NCBI GenBank assembly: GCA_903907165.1
Contig: CAIVNC010000005.1
Location: forward strand, 1 to 43,713
Direction: 5' to 3'
Source of the DNA: Candidatus Buchananbacteria bacterium
GTDB taxonomy: Bacteria > Patescibacteriota > Patescibacteriia > 2-01-FULL-39-33
Length of the DNA: 43,713 bases
Shown: positions 32,476 to 41,294 of the stretch, piece by piece
Numbering within the stretch: the stretch's first letter is position 1
Layout: the number at the start of each line of letters is the position of its first letter
Notes under the pieces: model-generated
Seen by the model: the letters and a program-made list of their open reading frames with translations, nothing else
Databases searched by the model: none
Told to the model about the DNA's origin: nothing
Program-made: the position numbers and the translations under genes

Positions 32476-33300
32476 TTAAATAACCTCAGGAATATCCTTG
32501 ATCTGATCCCAAGAAAATACCGGACCGTCCTTGCAGACATAATATGGCCCGATAGCGCAATGCTGACAAACACCAGCACCGCAATACATCTTGCGCTCCA
32601 AAGACAAGTAAATATTTTCGTCTTTAATTTTCTTTTTCTTCAATTCTTCAATTACAAATTTATACATCTTCGGCGGACCAACGAGCACGGCCACGGAATT
32701 TGGCGTAATTTTCTTATTTTCTTTAATCAAATTCGTCACCAAACCCTTAGCGCCTTTCCAGCTTGCCGATGGTTTTTCTAGAGCAATGTCAAAATCAGCA
32801 TGACGATTCCAGACAGCATGTTCGTCTTTAAACAATAAAGTCTTTTCATTGAGACAACCATAGAAAAGCTGTAAAATTGTATTTTCTAGTCTACCTGCTA
32901 GATAATCAATAATCAAGGGTCGAAGTGGAATGAAACCACAACCGCCACCAATTAAAATTAATGGCTTGTCTTTAAATTTATCAACATCAAAGCCATTACC
33001 AAATGGTCCGCGAAGCTGAACGAGATCTCCGGCTTTCAATTTGTGCAAATGTTCCGTCAAAACGCCAACATTACGAATAGCCAGTTCCAAATATTCTTTA
33101 GAATTTTTGGGCGATGAACAAATACTAATCGGACATTCACCCCAACCAGCCAAACCGATTTGCATAAACTGACCGGGCAAGAAAGCAAACTGATTTTGCA
33201 ACTTACGATCAACAAAATAAAACCGAAAAATCATCGTGTCATCAGACACCATTTTAGCTGACAGGATTTTCGCTTCTTGAGTTTGATAAAGATTATTCAT
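32476..33300 (-). CDS. Hydrogenase gamma subunit (FAD/NAD(P)-binding, 2Fe-2S; PyrK/FNR-like)
   Basis: FNR-like fold with a nucleotide-binding GGGCGFIPL motif and a C-terminal 2Fe-2S motif CGAGVCQHC...C. The ATG at 33300 (MNNLYQ...) was chosen; the track ORF runs to 33372, overlapping the upstream gene. Confidence 0.85.
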   Translation of the reverse strand: MNNLYQTQEAKILSAKMVSDDTMIFRFYFVDRKLQNQFAFLPGQFMQIGLAGWGECPISICSSPKNSKEYLELAIRNVGVLTEHLHKLKAGDLVQLRGPFGNGFDVDKFKDKPLILIGGGCGFIPLRPLIIDYLAGRLENTILQLFYGCLNEKTLLFKDEHAVWNRHADFDIALEKPSASWKGAKGLVTNLIKENKKITPNSVAVLVGPPKMYKFVIEELKKKKIKDENIYLSLERKMYCGAGVCQHCAIGPYYVCKDGPVFSWDQIKDIPEVI

Positions 33301-33307
33301 AGTTTTT

Positions 33308-33691
33308 TTACTTACAATCCTCAGCACAATTACATTTATTTTCTCCGGTACTAGCATTACAAATATGATCACCGCAATTCGAACAAACTAAACCTGATCC
33401 CATTTTTGAAACACAACCATTTTTGTCGCCAATCGGATCTGGTCCAGGTTCTTGATATGACAGTCCAGCGTTTATCTCTTTTAAACCAGCACAACATGTT
33501 CCAAAATTACCTTTTGGTCCCATTGATGCATTTTTTGAAATCTTACCCGCCACAATACAACCAGGAACAGAGGAATTATTTCCGACCTGAGCAGAATCAG
33601 CCGCAAATCTCTGTCTAACATAAACAAATCCGTAAATACCGAGAATTAAAATTAAGATAATTACCACAAACCAAAGTAAATTTTTGTTCAT
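33308..33691 (-). CDS. Membrane-anchored Cys-rich hypothetical protein
   Basis: 127 aa. N-terminal TM/signal anchor (LLWFVVIILILILGIYGFVYV) followed by a region with 10 Cys ending CSNCGDHICNASTGENKCNCAEDCK. It lies 3 nt after the beta stop and 7 nt before the gamma start. Confidence 0.6.
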   Translation of the reverse strand: MNKNLLWFVVIILILILGIYGFVYVRQRFAADSAQVGNNSSVPGCIVAGKISKNASMGPKGNFGTCCAGLKEINAGLSYQEPGPDPIGDKNGCVSKMGSGLVCSNCGDHICNASTGENKCNCAEDCK

Positions 33692-33694
33692 AAA

Positions 33695-34711
33695 TTATGT
33701 TTTTAATTTTATCGGTTTTACTATAACCTTCTTTTCCTTGGTCTTACCCACTTCCGCCAAAACATCATTTAGCTTAATGCCAACCGGACAAACTCTCGTA
33801 CAACGACCACAACCAACGCAACCTGGCAAATTATATTCAAAAGGAATGCGGATAAATTTGTGAGCGTACCAAAAATAAATTTTCTGTTTAACTTTGTCGA
33901 GTTCTTTGTGTCCGCCGGCGACTAGCGAAAAGTCGTTATAAAAACAAGTGGTGGCGTTACGACAACGACTGCAATCTTTGGGGTCGGATTTATCTACCAC
34001 GTCAAAACAAAAACAGGTCGGACAATTAATCGCGCACTTACCGCAAGCAATACAAATCTTATCTAAATCTTTCCAGATTTTAGTACCATAAGATTTTTCC
34101 ATTTTGTCCATCAGGCTTAGCATTCTCTTGTCGGTGCCCTTTTCTGGTACTGGTCCAGCAAATTCAATATTTTCATAATCCTTAGCGCCGGATTTATCCA
34201 AAGTTTCTTGACCACGACGTGAACCGGAATAAAGCTTGACTTGGCCGTTTTTTAATTTAACAATAAAAATATCAAAAGCCAAATGTTCCAAAACATTCTC
34301 TTCAAGATTATGACTGAGCACTTTGTACTTTTTGTAGTCGCTTTCCAGTCCGCCAGAATAGCCAATGAGAAGTGAGTTGGATCGACGCTTTTGATAATAA
34401 GGATCCTTGCCAAAAACCTGATCGATCAAGGTTATAGCCTTCAAATCTAAAACATTAACACCCCAAAGAGCGTTTTTTTGGATCTCCGGCAAAGTTTCGA
34501 TAGACTTCTGACTGTCAAAAACAAAAAGCCGTTCTTCCGACGGAATTAAAAACTTTTTCCAGGTTTCCAAGGGAATCTCGCCAGACCAATCGATCTCAGC
34601 AAAATTCTCAACGGCTGAAATGGCTAAATTATCACCTTCCAACTGCGGCGCAAAAATCTGCCACTGTCTGCCCAGAAATTTAAATATTTTTTCTAGTTCT
34701 TTTTGATTCAT
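33695..34711 (-). CDS. Hydrogenase beta subunit (4Fe-4S dicluster; AsrA/HydB-like)
   Basis: 338 aa with two ferredoxin-type motifs (CIACGKCAINCPTCFC and CVGCGRCTRVCPV). The architecture is that of sulfhydrogenase beta / anaerobic sulfite reductase subunit A. Confidence 0.85.
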   Translation of the reverse strand: MNQKELEKIFKFLGRQWQIFAPQLEGDNLAISAVENFAEIDWSGEIPLETWKKFLIPSEERLFVFDSQKSIETLPEIQKNALWGVNVLDLKAITLIDQVFGKDPYYQKRRSNSLLIGYSGGLESDYKKYKVLSHNLEENVLEHLAFDIFIVKLKNGQVKLYSGSRRGQETLDKSGAKDYENIEFAGPVPEKGTDKRMLSLMDKMEKSYGTKIWKDLDKICIACGKCAINCPTCFCFDVVDKSDPKDCSRCRNATTCFYNDFSLVAGGHKELDKVKQKIYFWYAHKFIRIPFEYNLPGCVGCGRCTRVCPVGIKLNDVLAEVGKTKEKKVIVKPIKLKT

Positions 34712-34756
34712 GTGACTATTATAACATGAAAGCTTAAATGACTCAAAACAGCAGAA

Positions 34757-35638
34757 TTAATTTATTTTTGTTTTTAGAAAATTGTGTAAGTCTTGGCTCA
34801 TCTCTGGATCATCAAGTCCAAATTCAATATTAGCCTTAAGCCAAGTAAATTTGGAACCAACGTCATGATATTTGCCCTTAATCATTTTGGCATAGACTGG
34901 ACGCTTCAACATCAAAGCGGAAATAGCATCAGTCAAACAAAATTCTTGTGCTTCATCAACTTGCATCTTTTCCAACTCTTCAAAAATATCTGGTGTCAAA
35001 ATATACCCTGAGATCGAAGCCATGCGACTAGCGGTTTTGTCTGGTCCTGGCTTTTCCATTAATTTCTTAACTTGAAAAATTCCCTCCTCAACCTCCAAGC
35101 CCTCAATCATGCCATATTTTTTGGTGCCTTCATCATCTGTCTGGTAAGCCGTGATCACTGGATTGCCATATTTTTCATAAGTCTCGATCAACTGAGTCAG
35201 ATGAGATTTTTCCGGGCATTGCCAAATGTCATCGCCATAAACCACAGCAAATGGTTCATTACCAACCAAGTCTTTAACATTCAAAACTGGAGTGCCTGTG
35301 ACGTAGCGTCCTTTTTGACGAATATAAATAAAATTAGCCATTTCCGCGGCCACCCGAACGGCCTCGTAGGCCTTATTTTTGCCCCTAGAGAGGCAATATT
35401 CCTCAAGGTGGATATTTCTATCAAAATGGTCCTCAATGGCCCTTTTGGTCGCCCCAGTGACAAGGATAACATCGGTAATGCCGGCCCTGACCGCCCCCTC
35501 AACAATGTACTGAATCGTGGGTTTATCCAGGATAGGCATCATCTCCTTAGGCTGAGCTTTGGTCGCCGGTAAAAACCGAGTTCCAATACCCGCCACCGGA
35601 ATAATAACTTTTCTAACTTTCTTTTTTTCGTCTGTCAT
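34757..35638 (-). CDS. galU: UTP--glucose-1-phosphate uridylyltransferase
   Basis: 293 aa. N-terminal KVIIPVAGIGTRFLPATKAQPKEMMPILDKPTIQYIVEGA is the GalU signature. Confidence 0.9.
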   Translation of the reverse strand: MTDEKKKVRKVIIPVAGIGTRFLPATKAQPKEMMPILDKPTIQYIVEGAVRAGITDVILVTGATKRAIEDHFDRNIHLEEYCLSRGKNKAYEAVRVAAEMANFIYIRQKGRYVTGTPVLNVKDLVGNEPFAVVYGDDIWQCPEKSHLTQLIETYEKYGNPVITAYQTDDEGTKKYGMIEGLEVEEGIFQVKKLMEKPGPDKTASRMASISGYILTPDIFEELEKMQVDEAQEFCLTDAISALMLKRPVYAKMIKGKYHDVGSKFTWLKANIEFGLDDPEMSQDLHNFLKTKIN

Positions 35639-35699
35639 ATTTTTTTTAATTTAAATTATTTTCCCACCGGAAGCTCCGGTCGCAATACGTTAGATATCT

Positions 35700-35728
35700 T
35701 GACAAAATGATAAATAGATGATAGTATG
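35700..35728 (+). promoter_or_regulatory. Putative extended -10 promoter of the orphan gene at 35798
   Basis: TTGACA (35700-35705), a 17-nt spacer ending TGa, then TAGTAT (35723-35728). Confidence 0.5.
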
Positions 35729-35797
35729 GCGGTATAAGTTATTATTTTACCAAAATTTAATAAACTTCGCACCTTAAACCAAGGAAGGGGTCATCTA

Positions 35798-36223
35798 ATG
35801 GTTAAGCGTTCTGAGCATCTTAAAAAACAAAAGAAGCCCAGCAAAATTTCCATTCTCTTAAAAAAGATGGGACTGAAGAAAACCAGTACCAAGAAAGAGG
35901 CAGTTAAAATTCCTGTGCCAACGGCTAGAAGACAGATCAAGGTTAACCGCGCTGAAGCCATTATCAGAAACATTCCGGCCATCAAACAAACTGCCATCGA
36001 CGGAAATAACAACTTCGCCGATGTCGTCATAGTGAGATTTGATGACTTCATTCGCCGTCCGCGTTCCACTCACCTCAAGGATGATGGCAAACCTGCCAAC
36101 CTCAGAGACGGCATGCGAATGATCTGGGATCACTGCAAAGAAAACGACCTTCATCCCAAACTGATCTACTTTGAAGACGAACAAACCAAGGCTCGAGGAT
36201 TTTATCTCCGCATCAACTGGTAG
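35798..36223 (+). CDS. Hypothetical basic protein (Lys-rich disordered N-terminus + unknown C-terminal domain)
   Basis: 141-aa ORF with a GGAAGGGG RBS 7 nt upstream, its own promoter and a downstream hairpin terminator. Two antisense ORFs overlap it but lack such signals. Confidence 0.55.
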   Translation: MVKRSEHLKKQKKPSKISILLKKMGLKKTSTKKEAVKIPVPTARRQIKVNRAEAIIRNIPAIKQTAIDGNNNFADVVIVRFDDFIRRPRSTHLKDDGKPANLRDGMRMIWDHCKENDLHPKLIYFEDEQTKARGFYLRINW

Positions 36224-36248
36224 TTTTCTTAACTCGTCACAATCCACA

Positions 36249-36283
36249 ACCACCAATTTACTTTTTAACTTTGGTGGTTTTTT
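36249..36283. terminator. Hairpin terminator between the convergent genes
   Basis: ACCACCAA (36249-36256) pairs with TTGGTGGT (36271-36278), followed by a T-run to 36283. Confidence 0.6.
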
Positions 36284-36290
36284 AAAACTA

Positions 36291-37550
36291 TTATTTCCAA
36301 AGAACTCTCCAATCCAAATTATTTTCTAACGGCACCACCCCTCTACCAACATTTACGAGTAACGACAAATTGGCAAAGATCAAAATCGCAAAAACAAGAT
36401 AAGAAATAATTTTTAATGCTTTTCTTTTGTGCGTTGCAATATAATCAAAAAGATAAGCCCAGCCGATAGCGATAAGCGGCAAACTCTCGATCATGCGGCG
36501 AGCGCCAAATGAGCTACCACCAAACCAATCAACCAGTCCGGCATTAAGCCAAATTTCTAAAATTAAAATTATCACCATAGCCAAAATTAATTTGGCTTGT
36601 TTTTTTACCGCCAAAATCAAACCGATAACTCCCAGTAAAATCGCTGGGTGCCAAAAAAATAAACCATGATAACTAGAAAATAAAAAATCCCTAACGTGTG
36701 GCTGAAAGATTTGAAAAAAAGAGGAGCCTTGAGGCACGACAAACGGCACGCCGTAAAGATTTTGCCAGACAAGCATCTGTGGCCAAAAAATAATTAAGGC
36801 ACCAAGAATTAAAACCAGTAAAGATTTAATTTTCAAACTCCAATTTTCCTTGTTCCAAAAAATAAAAACCAGGGGCAACAAAATAAAATACAAATTCTGC
36901 CAACGACACAACATCGAAAGACCTAGCCACAAACCACAAATAAAAATATTTTTAAACGAAAGATTTTCTTTTAACTTCAAAGAAAAATATAGAAGTCCAG
37001 TGATGCCAAAAAAGGCGAAAGCGTGTGACATTGACGGCTCATAGACGACATAAAAAATCAGGGGCGAAGCGAGCCAAGAAAACATCACCGCCCAAAGTGC
37101 CGAACGAGATGGGACAAGTTTGCGCAAAGTTAAATAGAGAAAAGAAAGTCCGAGTAGAAAATAAAATAAAGCTGACAAAAAAACCGCCAGCTGATAAGAC
37201 GTACCATAACCACTTAAATTATATTGACTGATATCCGAAAAAAATCCACCGACAAAAAAGTTTGTCACCAGTAGAAACGGAGCTGACAAAATTGCGGGGC
37301 CAACAGAAAACTGATTGGCGGTTTTTCCTAAGCGAGTTATTACGCCTGACTGATGAGTATTATAAACGCGATCAAACTCTTGATACTCGTTGCTAAAATT
37401 TAAATCACGATCAACTGCAACCGATCTAAAATAAGAATAATAGCCAAAGCCATCACCTCCGATTTGCCAATTTGGACGAAGCCAAAAAACCAAAAACAAA
37501 ACTAAAATTAAATTTAAGATGATTAGAAAAATCAATGGCCTTGTTCGCAT
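36291..37550 (-). CDS. Polytopic membrane protein, possible GT-C-fold glycosyltransferase (ArnT/PMT-like)
   Basis: 419 aa with ~11 TM segments. The first extracytoplasmic loop carries an acidic motif (GGDGFGYYSYFRSVAVDRDLNFSNEY), as in GT-C enzymes. The function is tentative. Confidence 0.55.
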   Translation of the reverse strand: MRTRPLIFLIILNLILVLFLVFWLRPNWQIGGDGFGYYSYFRSVAVDRDLNFSNEYQEFDRVYNTHQSGVITRLGKTANQFSVGPAILSAPFLLVTNFFVGGFFSDISQYNLSGYGTSYQLAVFLSALFYFLLGLSFLYLTLRKLVPSRSALWAVMFSWLASPLIFYVVYEPSMSHAFAFFGITGLLYFSLKLKENLSFKNIFICGLWLGLSMLCRWQNLYFILLPLVFIFWNKENWSLKIKSLLVLILGALIIFWPQMLVWQNLYGVPFVVPQGSSFFQIFQPHVRDFLFSSYHGLFFWHPAILLGVIGLILAVKKQAKLILAMVIILILEIWLNAGLVDWFGGSSFGARRMIESLPLIAIGWAYLFDYIATHKRKALKIISYLVFAILIFANLSLLVNVGRGVVPLENNLDWRVLWK

Positions 37551-37568
37551 AAGATTATTCGACTAGAA

Positions 37569-39020
37569 TTAATCAGATTCGGTATTGGCCTCAGTTGTCT
37601 TGGCCGCACTGTGATTGATAAGTTTCTGATTCAAAAATCTCTTGACGGTCTTAGGCCAATCCTCAAGAGACTTATCAGTAAGCAGAGCAATTGCTTCCTG
37701 ATTAGTGAGTTCTGATAACTTACTAAATCGACTGAATTGACCACGATTTACCAGTGAAGTAAATGCTCGGAGTGCGTTTTCTATAATTTTTCTGTATTCA
37801 ATACGGATAATATTCCTAAAACACTTCTGCCACAACGAGTCGCCATCCCTTGATTTATCCTCTAATTCAGTAATAAAATCATAATCCCCATAGGAAGAAA
37901 ATTTTTCTCTCAAGCCGGATATTTCTCCCTCCTTAAATTTTTCTGTTTGCAATCGAGCTATAATCTCATCCCTAACGCGGAAGAGAAGTCTTTGCTGTAT
38001 ACGATTGAAATACTCGGACAATAAAACTTCTTTGGTCTCCTGATCAGGCTCGGCGTCATAATCCTCAAGTAATTTCTCCTCTTCCTCTTCGGTCATTTCT
38101 TTCTCAAAAAAATCACGGAACAATCGATTTTTCTGATGCTCCCATTCGTGCCGGCGAGTCTTATCTGTACTGCCCCAAGATTCCAAATGAGACAGCGGAT
38201 TATTACTGATAACCGTATAATAAACAGAACTATCACATTCCGCCACAGCGGCAAATCCAGCCAAGTTTGGAGCGTTCCACCATTTAAAGTGTTCTGATCC
38301 TCGCATTTTCACCGTATCGAGCGATCCGGCTTCGATATCTATGGACATCGGGCCCATTTCCACTACTAAACCATCAGAATTTTCAAGGGCTTCACCACAC
38401 AAAGCCTGGACTAGGTCAGCCCGATTAGAATATTTTTCTAATAAATCCTTAACTTTCTGACGCTGTTCGTAGTAGCCATCAATCATGTCCTCGGCAGATT
38501 TATTTTGATCCTCAGTGAAGCCATATTCAGAGGCGAAGCGTGCGATCTCGGCCATCAGGCTATCCTTTTGCACATCATGGTTCTGCTCTATCCGTCGCTC
38601 AATGAAAACCCGGCACATGGCCCAAGCCTGCCTTTGTCTTTCGGTTTTATTCTTAAACTCTTTTAGAGCCTTCCTCTTTTCCCCATGAGGCAAACCAGAA
38701 ATCCTCTTAAGGTCATTCTCGGGAGAAAATAAACCGTCAATGGGCGCATTGTCCTCAAGCTCGTTTTTAAAATCAATAGCAAGCAACTGGTCAAACTCTT
38801 CTTCGCCAATATTACCCAAATTTTCCTTGAGCTTCATTAGCTTATAATTCAAAAAATCAAAAGCCACGCCACCGACTTCCGCTGCTGACTTTAACAATCT
38901 TTTACTTTTAGATATTAGACTCTCCGGACTGGATTTTTTTTCTCCCGACAAAGTTTCTATCGGCGATTCATCCCCCTCCGCGCTTTCTATTCTAGACACA
39001 AAAGATTCAAAACTTTTCAT
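37569..39020 (-). CDS. Hypothetical acidic cytoplasmic protein with an HExxH motif
   Basis: 483-aa ORF with no TM or signal peptide. It has a single HEWEH motif (..TRRHEWEHQKN..) and a poly-E stretch. No family recognised. Confidence 0.65.
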   Translation of the reverse strand: MKSFESFVSRIESAEGDESPIETLSGEKKSSPESLISKSKRLLKSAAEVGGVAFDFLNYKLMKLKENLGNIGEEEFDQLLAIDFKNELEDNAPIDGLFSPENDLKRISGLPHGEKRKALKEFKNKTERQRQAWAMCRVFIERRIEQNHDVQKDSLMAEIARFASEYGFTEDQNKSAEDMIDGYYEQRQKVKDLLEKYSNRADLVQALCGEALENSDGLVVEMGPMSIDIEAGSLDTVKMRGSEHFKWWNAPNLAGFAAVAECDSSVYYTVISNNPLSHLESWGSTDKTRRHEWEHQKNRLFRDFFEKEMTEEEEEKLLEDYDAEPDQETKEVLLSEYFNRIQQRLLFRVRDEIIARLQTEKFKEGEISGLREKFSSYGDYDFITELEDKSRDGDSLWQKCFRNIIRIEYRKIIENALRAFTSLVNRGQFSRFSKLSELTNQEAIALLTDKSLEDWPKTVKRFLNQKLINHSAAKTTEANTESD

Positions 39021-39034
39021 TTTACTTATAATTA

Positions 39035-40114
39035 TTAATTCAATTGAGGCTTATCGATTTCAATCGCTTCTATCTCTGTTTCCACGCCAGTAATCTTGAC
39101 CACGTCCTTATCAATCTTTTTAAATTCTTTAGAGGCGGCAACGTAAGAATTAACCGTGGTGCTCAAATTATTTCCAAGCTTTTTCAAGTAATCATCATAA
39201 ACAATAATATGGCGCTGCAACATTTCTACGCGTTTGATAATTTCCTTGGTTTGTTCTTCGATCTTCAAAGCGCGAAGACCCTGAAGTACGGTTTGTAAAT
39301 AAGCAGCAAAAGTTGTTGGCGAAACAATAATAACCTTCTTTTGCTTGAAAGCGTAATCAATGAGTCCTGCAGTATCAACTTTGACCGCGCCAACTTCGTT
39401 GACGAGCAAATCATAATAAATACCTTCAGCTGGAATAAACATAAAAGCAAAATCGAGCGTGCCCTTTGACGGCTTGATATATTTGCTGGTTTCATCAATG
39501 CGCTTTTTCAAATCATTCTTAAATTCTTTTTCGAGAACTACTCTTTTTTCTTTATCGCTCTCGGCCAAGATGCGATTATAATTTTCTAGAGAAAATTTAG
39601 CATCAACCGGAATGATTCCATCTTTAGTAAAAATTGCGGCATCGACAGTATCGCCGTCATCAAAAGAATATTGAAGCTTGAAAGCCGTTGGCGGTAAAAT
39701 ATTTTCGAGTACTAATTGGAGTCCCGCTTCGCCAAGGTTACCGCGTTGCTTCTGACTCGTCAAAACTCTTTCTAAATTTTTTAGCTGTTCAGAAAAACCA
39801 AGAACTTGCTTGTTAGTTTCTTGAACCTTGATTAGTCCTTCGGTCACACCCTTAATCATATTAACACTCTGGCCAAATTGATTTTGCATCTGACGAGTTG
39901 ACTCGGACAGCTTGCCATCAAGCGCCTTGGTTGATTCTGACAAACGCAAATCCATGGTTTGATTAAGCTCCTTGATTCTTTCTTGCAACATCAAAAATGA
40001 CTGATCATCCTTTTTGCCAGCCGAAATCTCAGTTAACTTTTTATTAAAAACCATAGCTGTGGCGATGACCGCCGCAACGAGGACTAAAACTAAAACAATT
40101 AAAACTATTTCCAT
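39035..40114 (-). CDS. rmuC: DNA recombination protein RmuC
   Basis: 359 aa. N-terminal TM, a long coiled-coil region, then a conserved RmuC core (QRGNLGEAGLQLVLENILP...D....DG.IPVDAKF....Y). Confidence 0.85.
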   Translation of the reverse strand: MEIVLIVLVLVLVAAVIATAMVFNKKLTEISAGKKDDQSFLMLQERIKELNQTMDLRLSESTKALDGKLSESTRQMQNQFGQSVNMIKGVTEGLIKVQETNKQVLGFSEQLKNLERVLTSQKQRGNLGEAGLQLVLENILPPTAFKLQYSFDDGDTVDAAIFTKDGIIPVDAKFSLENYNRILAESDKEKRVVLEKEFKNDLKKRIDETSKYIKPSKGTLDFAFMFIPAEGIYYDLLVNEVGAVKVDTAGLIDYAFKQKKVIIVSPTTFAAYLQTVLQGLRALKIEEQTKEIIKRVEMLQRHIIVYDDYLKKLGNNLSTTVNSYVAASKEFKKIDKDVVKITGVETEIEAIEIDKPQLN

Positions 40115-41290
40115 TTATTTTTTATTTAGAATTTTATTTAAATAATTATCCAAACTGTATTTCTTCGCCTCTTGCTCGCAAAGCAACTTCCAACTTCCGA
40201 GACCACAAGCATTATCCACAAAAAACTGAATTTTATTTTTTAAACTTTCAGCATCACCGGCCTCAAAAAGCATTCCAGTTTGACCTTCTTTGACTAGCTC
40301 CGACAAGGCGCCAATGTTTGAAGCGATCACTGGCACGCCATGTGCATACGCCTCAAGCACCACCATACCAAAACTTTCTGGCGTTTCACTGGGGTTTATT
40401 AGCAAATCAATTTGCGGCCAAATTTTTTCTTCTTTTTCTTCACTTGATACTCTACCGTAAAATTTTATTTGGGGCAAATCTTTAGCTAATTCCTTCGCTA
40501 AATCTAGAGCCTTGCCACTACCGACGACGTGCAAAATATAATTGTCGGAAATATTTTTTATCGCCTTTATTAAAGTCAAAATTCCTTTATACTCCTCTAC
40601 TTGACCAAGAAATAAAATATTTAAAGTTTTATTTTTATCACAGACAGAATCAGATTTTATTTCAACTGAAGAATTAAGATTGATTGGATTTCCTAAAACT
40701 GTTTTTTGGGACTGCGGAAAAAATTTGAAATGATCATAAATATTTTTGATGTACTCTGACGGAAAAATCACTTCTTCCGGCGAACCAAAAAGCCGGCGAC
40801 AGAAAATACGATAGATAGCAGCTAGTCCCGAAAAGCTAGTTTTCTTTTTTAGATCATAAAGTCCGGTTGGATGAAGCAACTGAGCATCGTGAACCGTGTG
40901 AGTATTTTTTAAATTTAATTTTCTAATTCTCTTGCAAGTCAAATAGCCAAGCCCCTTGAGATTGTGGGTCAAAACTAAATCAGGCTTTTCATCGGCTAAG
41001 ATTCTTTCAATTCTTCCAACTTGAGAAAAATTAAACATATCAATCAAATGCCATGGCAAGCGCAACCAAGCCGGCTGCGAATTAATATCGATAAAATTAA
41101 ATAGATTGGCATGCTCAACACGATAAATTTTAACGCCATCAATTTCTTCCACCTTATTTTCATAACCAAGAGTGACGACAAAAACCTCCTCGCCCTTTTG
41201 CTTCAGGCCAGTGACAACATTTTCTACCACCACTTCGGCACCACCGCGGGTGTATGGCCTATAGATTGAATGAATGATAGCAATTTTCAT
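40115..41290 (-). CDS. Glycosyltransferase family 4
   Basis: 391 aa. GT-B fold with N-terminus MKIAIIHSIYRPYTRGGAE and C-terminal E..FGMVVLEAYAHGVPVIASNIGALSELV. Confidence 0.85.
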   Translation of the reverse strand: MKIAIIHSIYRPYTRGGAEVVVENVVTGLKQKGEEVFVVTLGYENKVEEIDGVKIYRVEHANLFNFIDINSQPAWLRLPWHLIDMFNFSQVGRIERILADEKPDLVLTHNLKGLGYLTCKRIRKLNLKNTHTVHDAQLLHPTGLYDLKKKTSFSGLAAIYRIFCRRLFGSPEEVIFPSEYIKNIYDHFKFFPQSQKTVLGNPINLNSSVEIKSDSVCDKNKTLNILFLGQVEEYKGILTLIKAIKNISDNYILHVVGSGKALDLAKELAKDLPQIKFYGRVSSEEKEEKIWPQIDLLINPSETPESFGMVVLEAYAHGVPVIASNIGALSELVKEGQTGMLFEAGDAESLKNKIQFFVDNACGLGSWKLLCEQEAKKYSLDNYLNKILNKK

Positions 41291-41294
41291 TTTA

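Noticed and set aside
35791-36256. Two minus-strand ORFs (35791-36069 and 35858-36256) overlapping the plus-strand orphan gene
   Set aside because: Neither has a promoter, RBS or terminator, whereas the plus-strand ORF has all three. Their translations are hydrophobic and low-complexity or R/S-rich.
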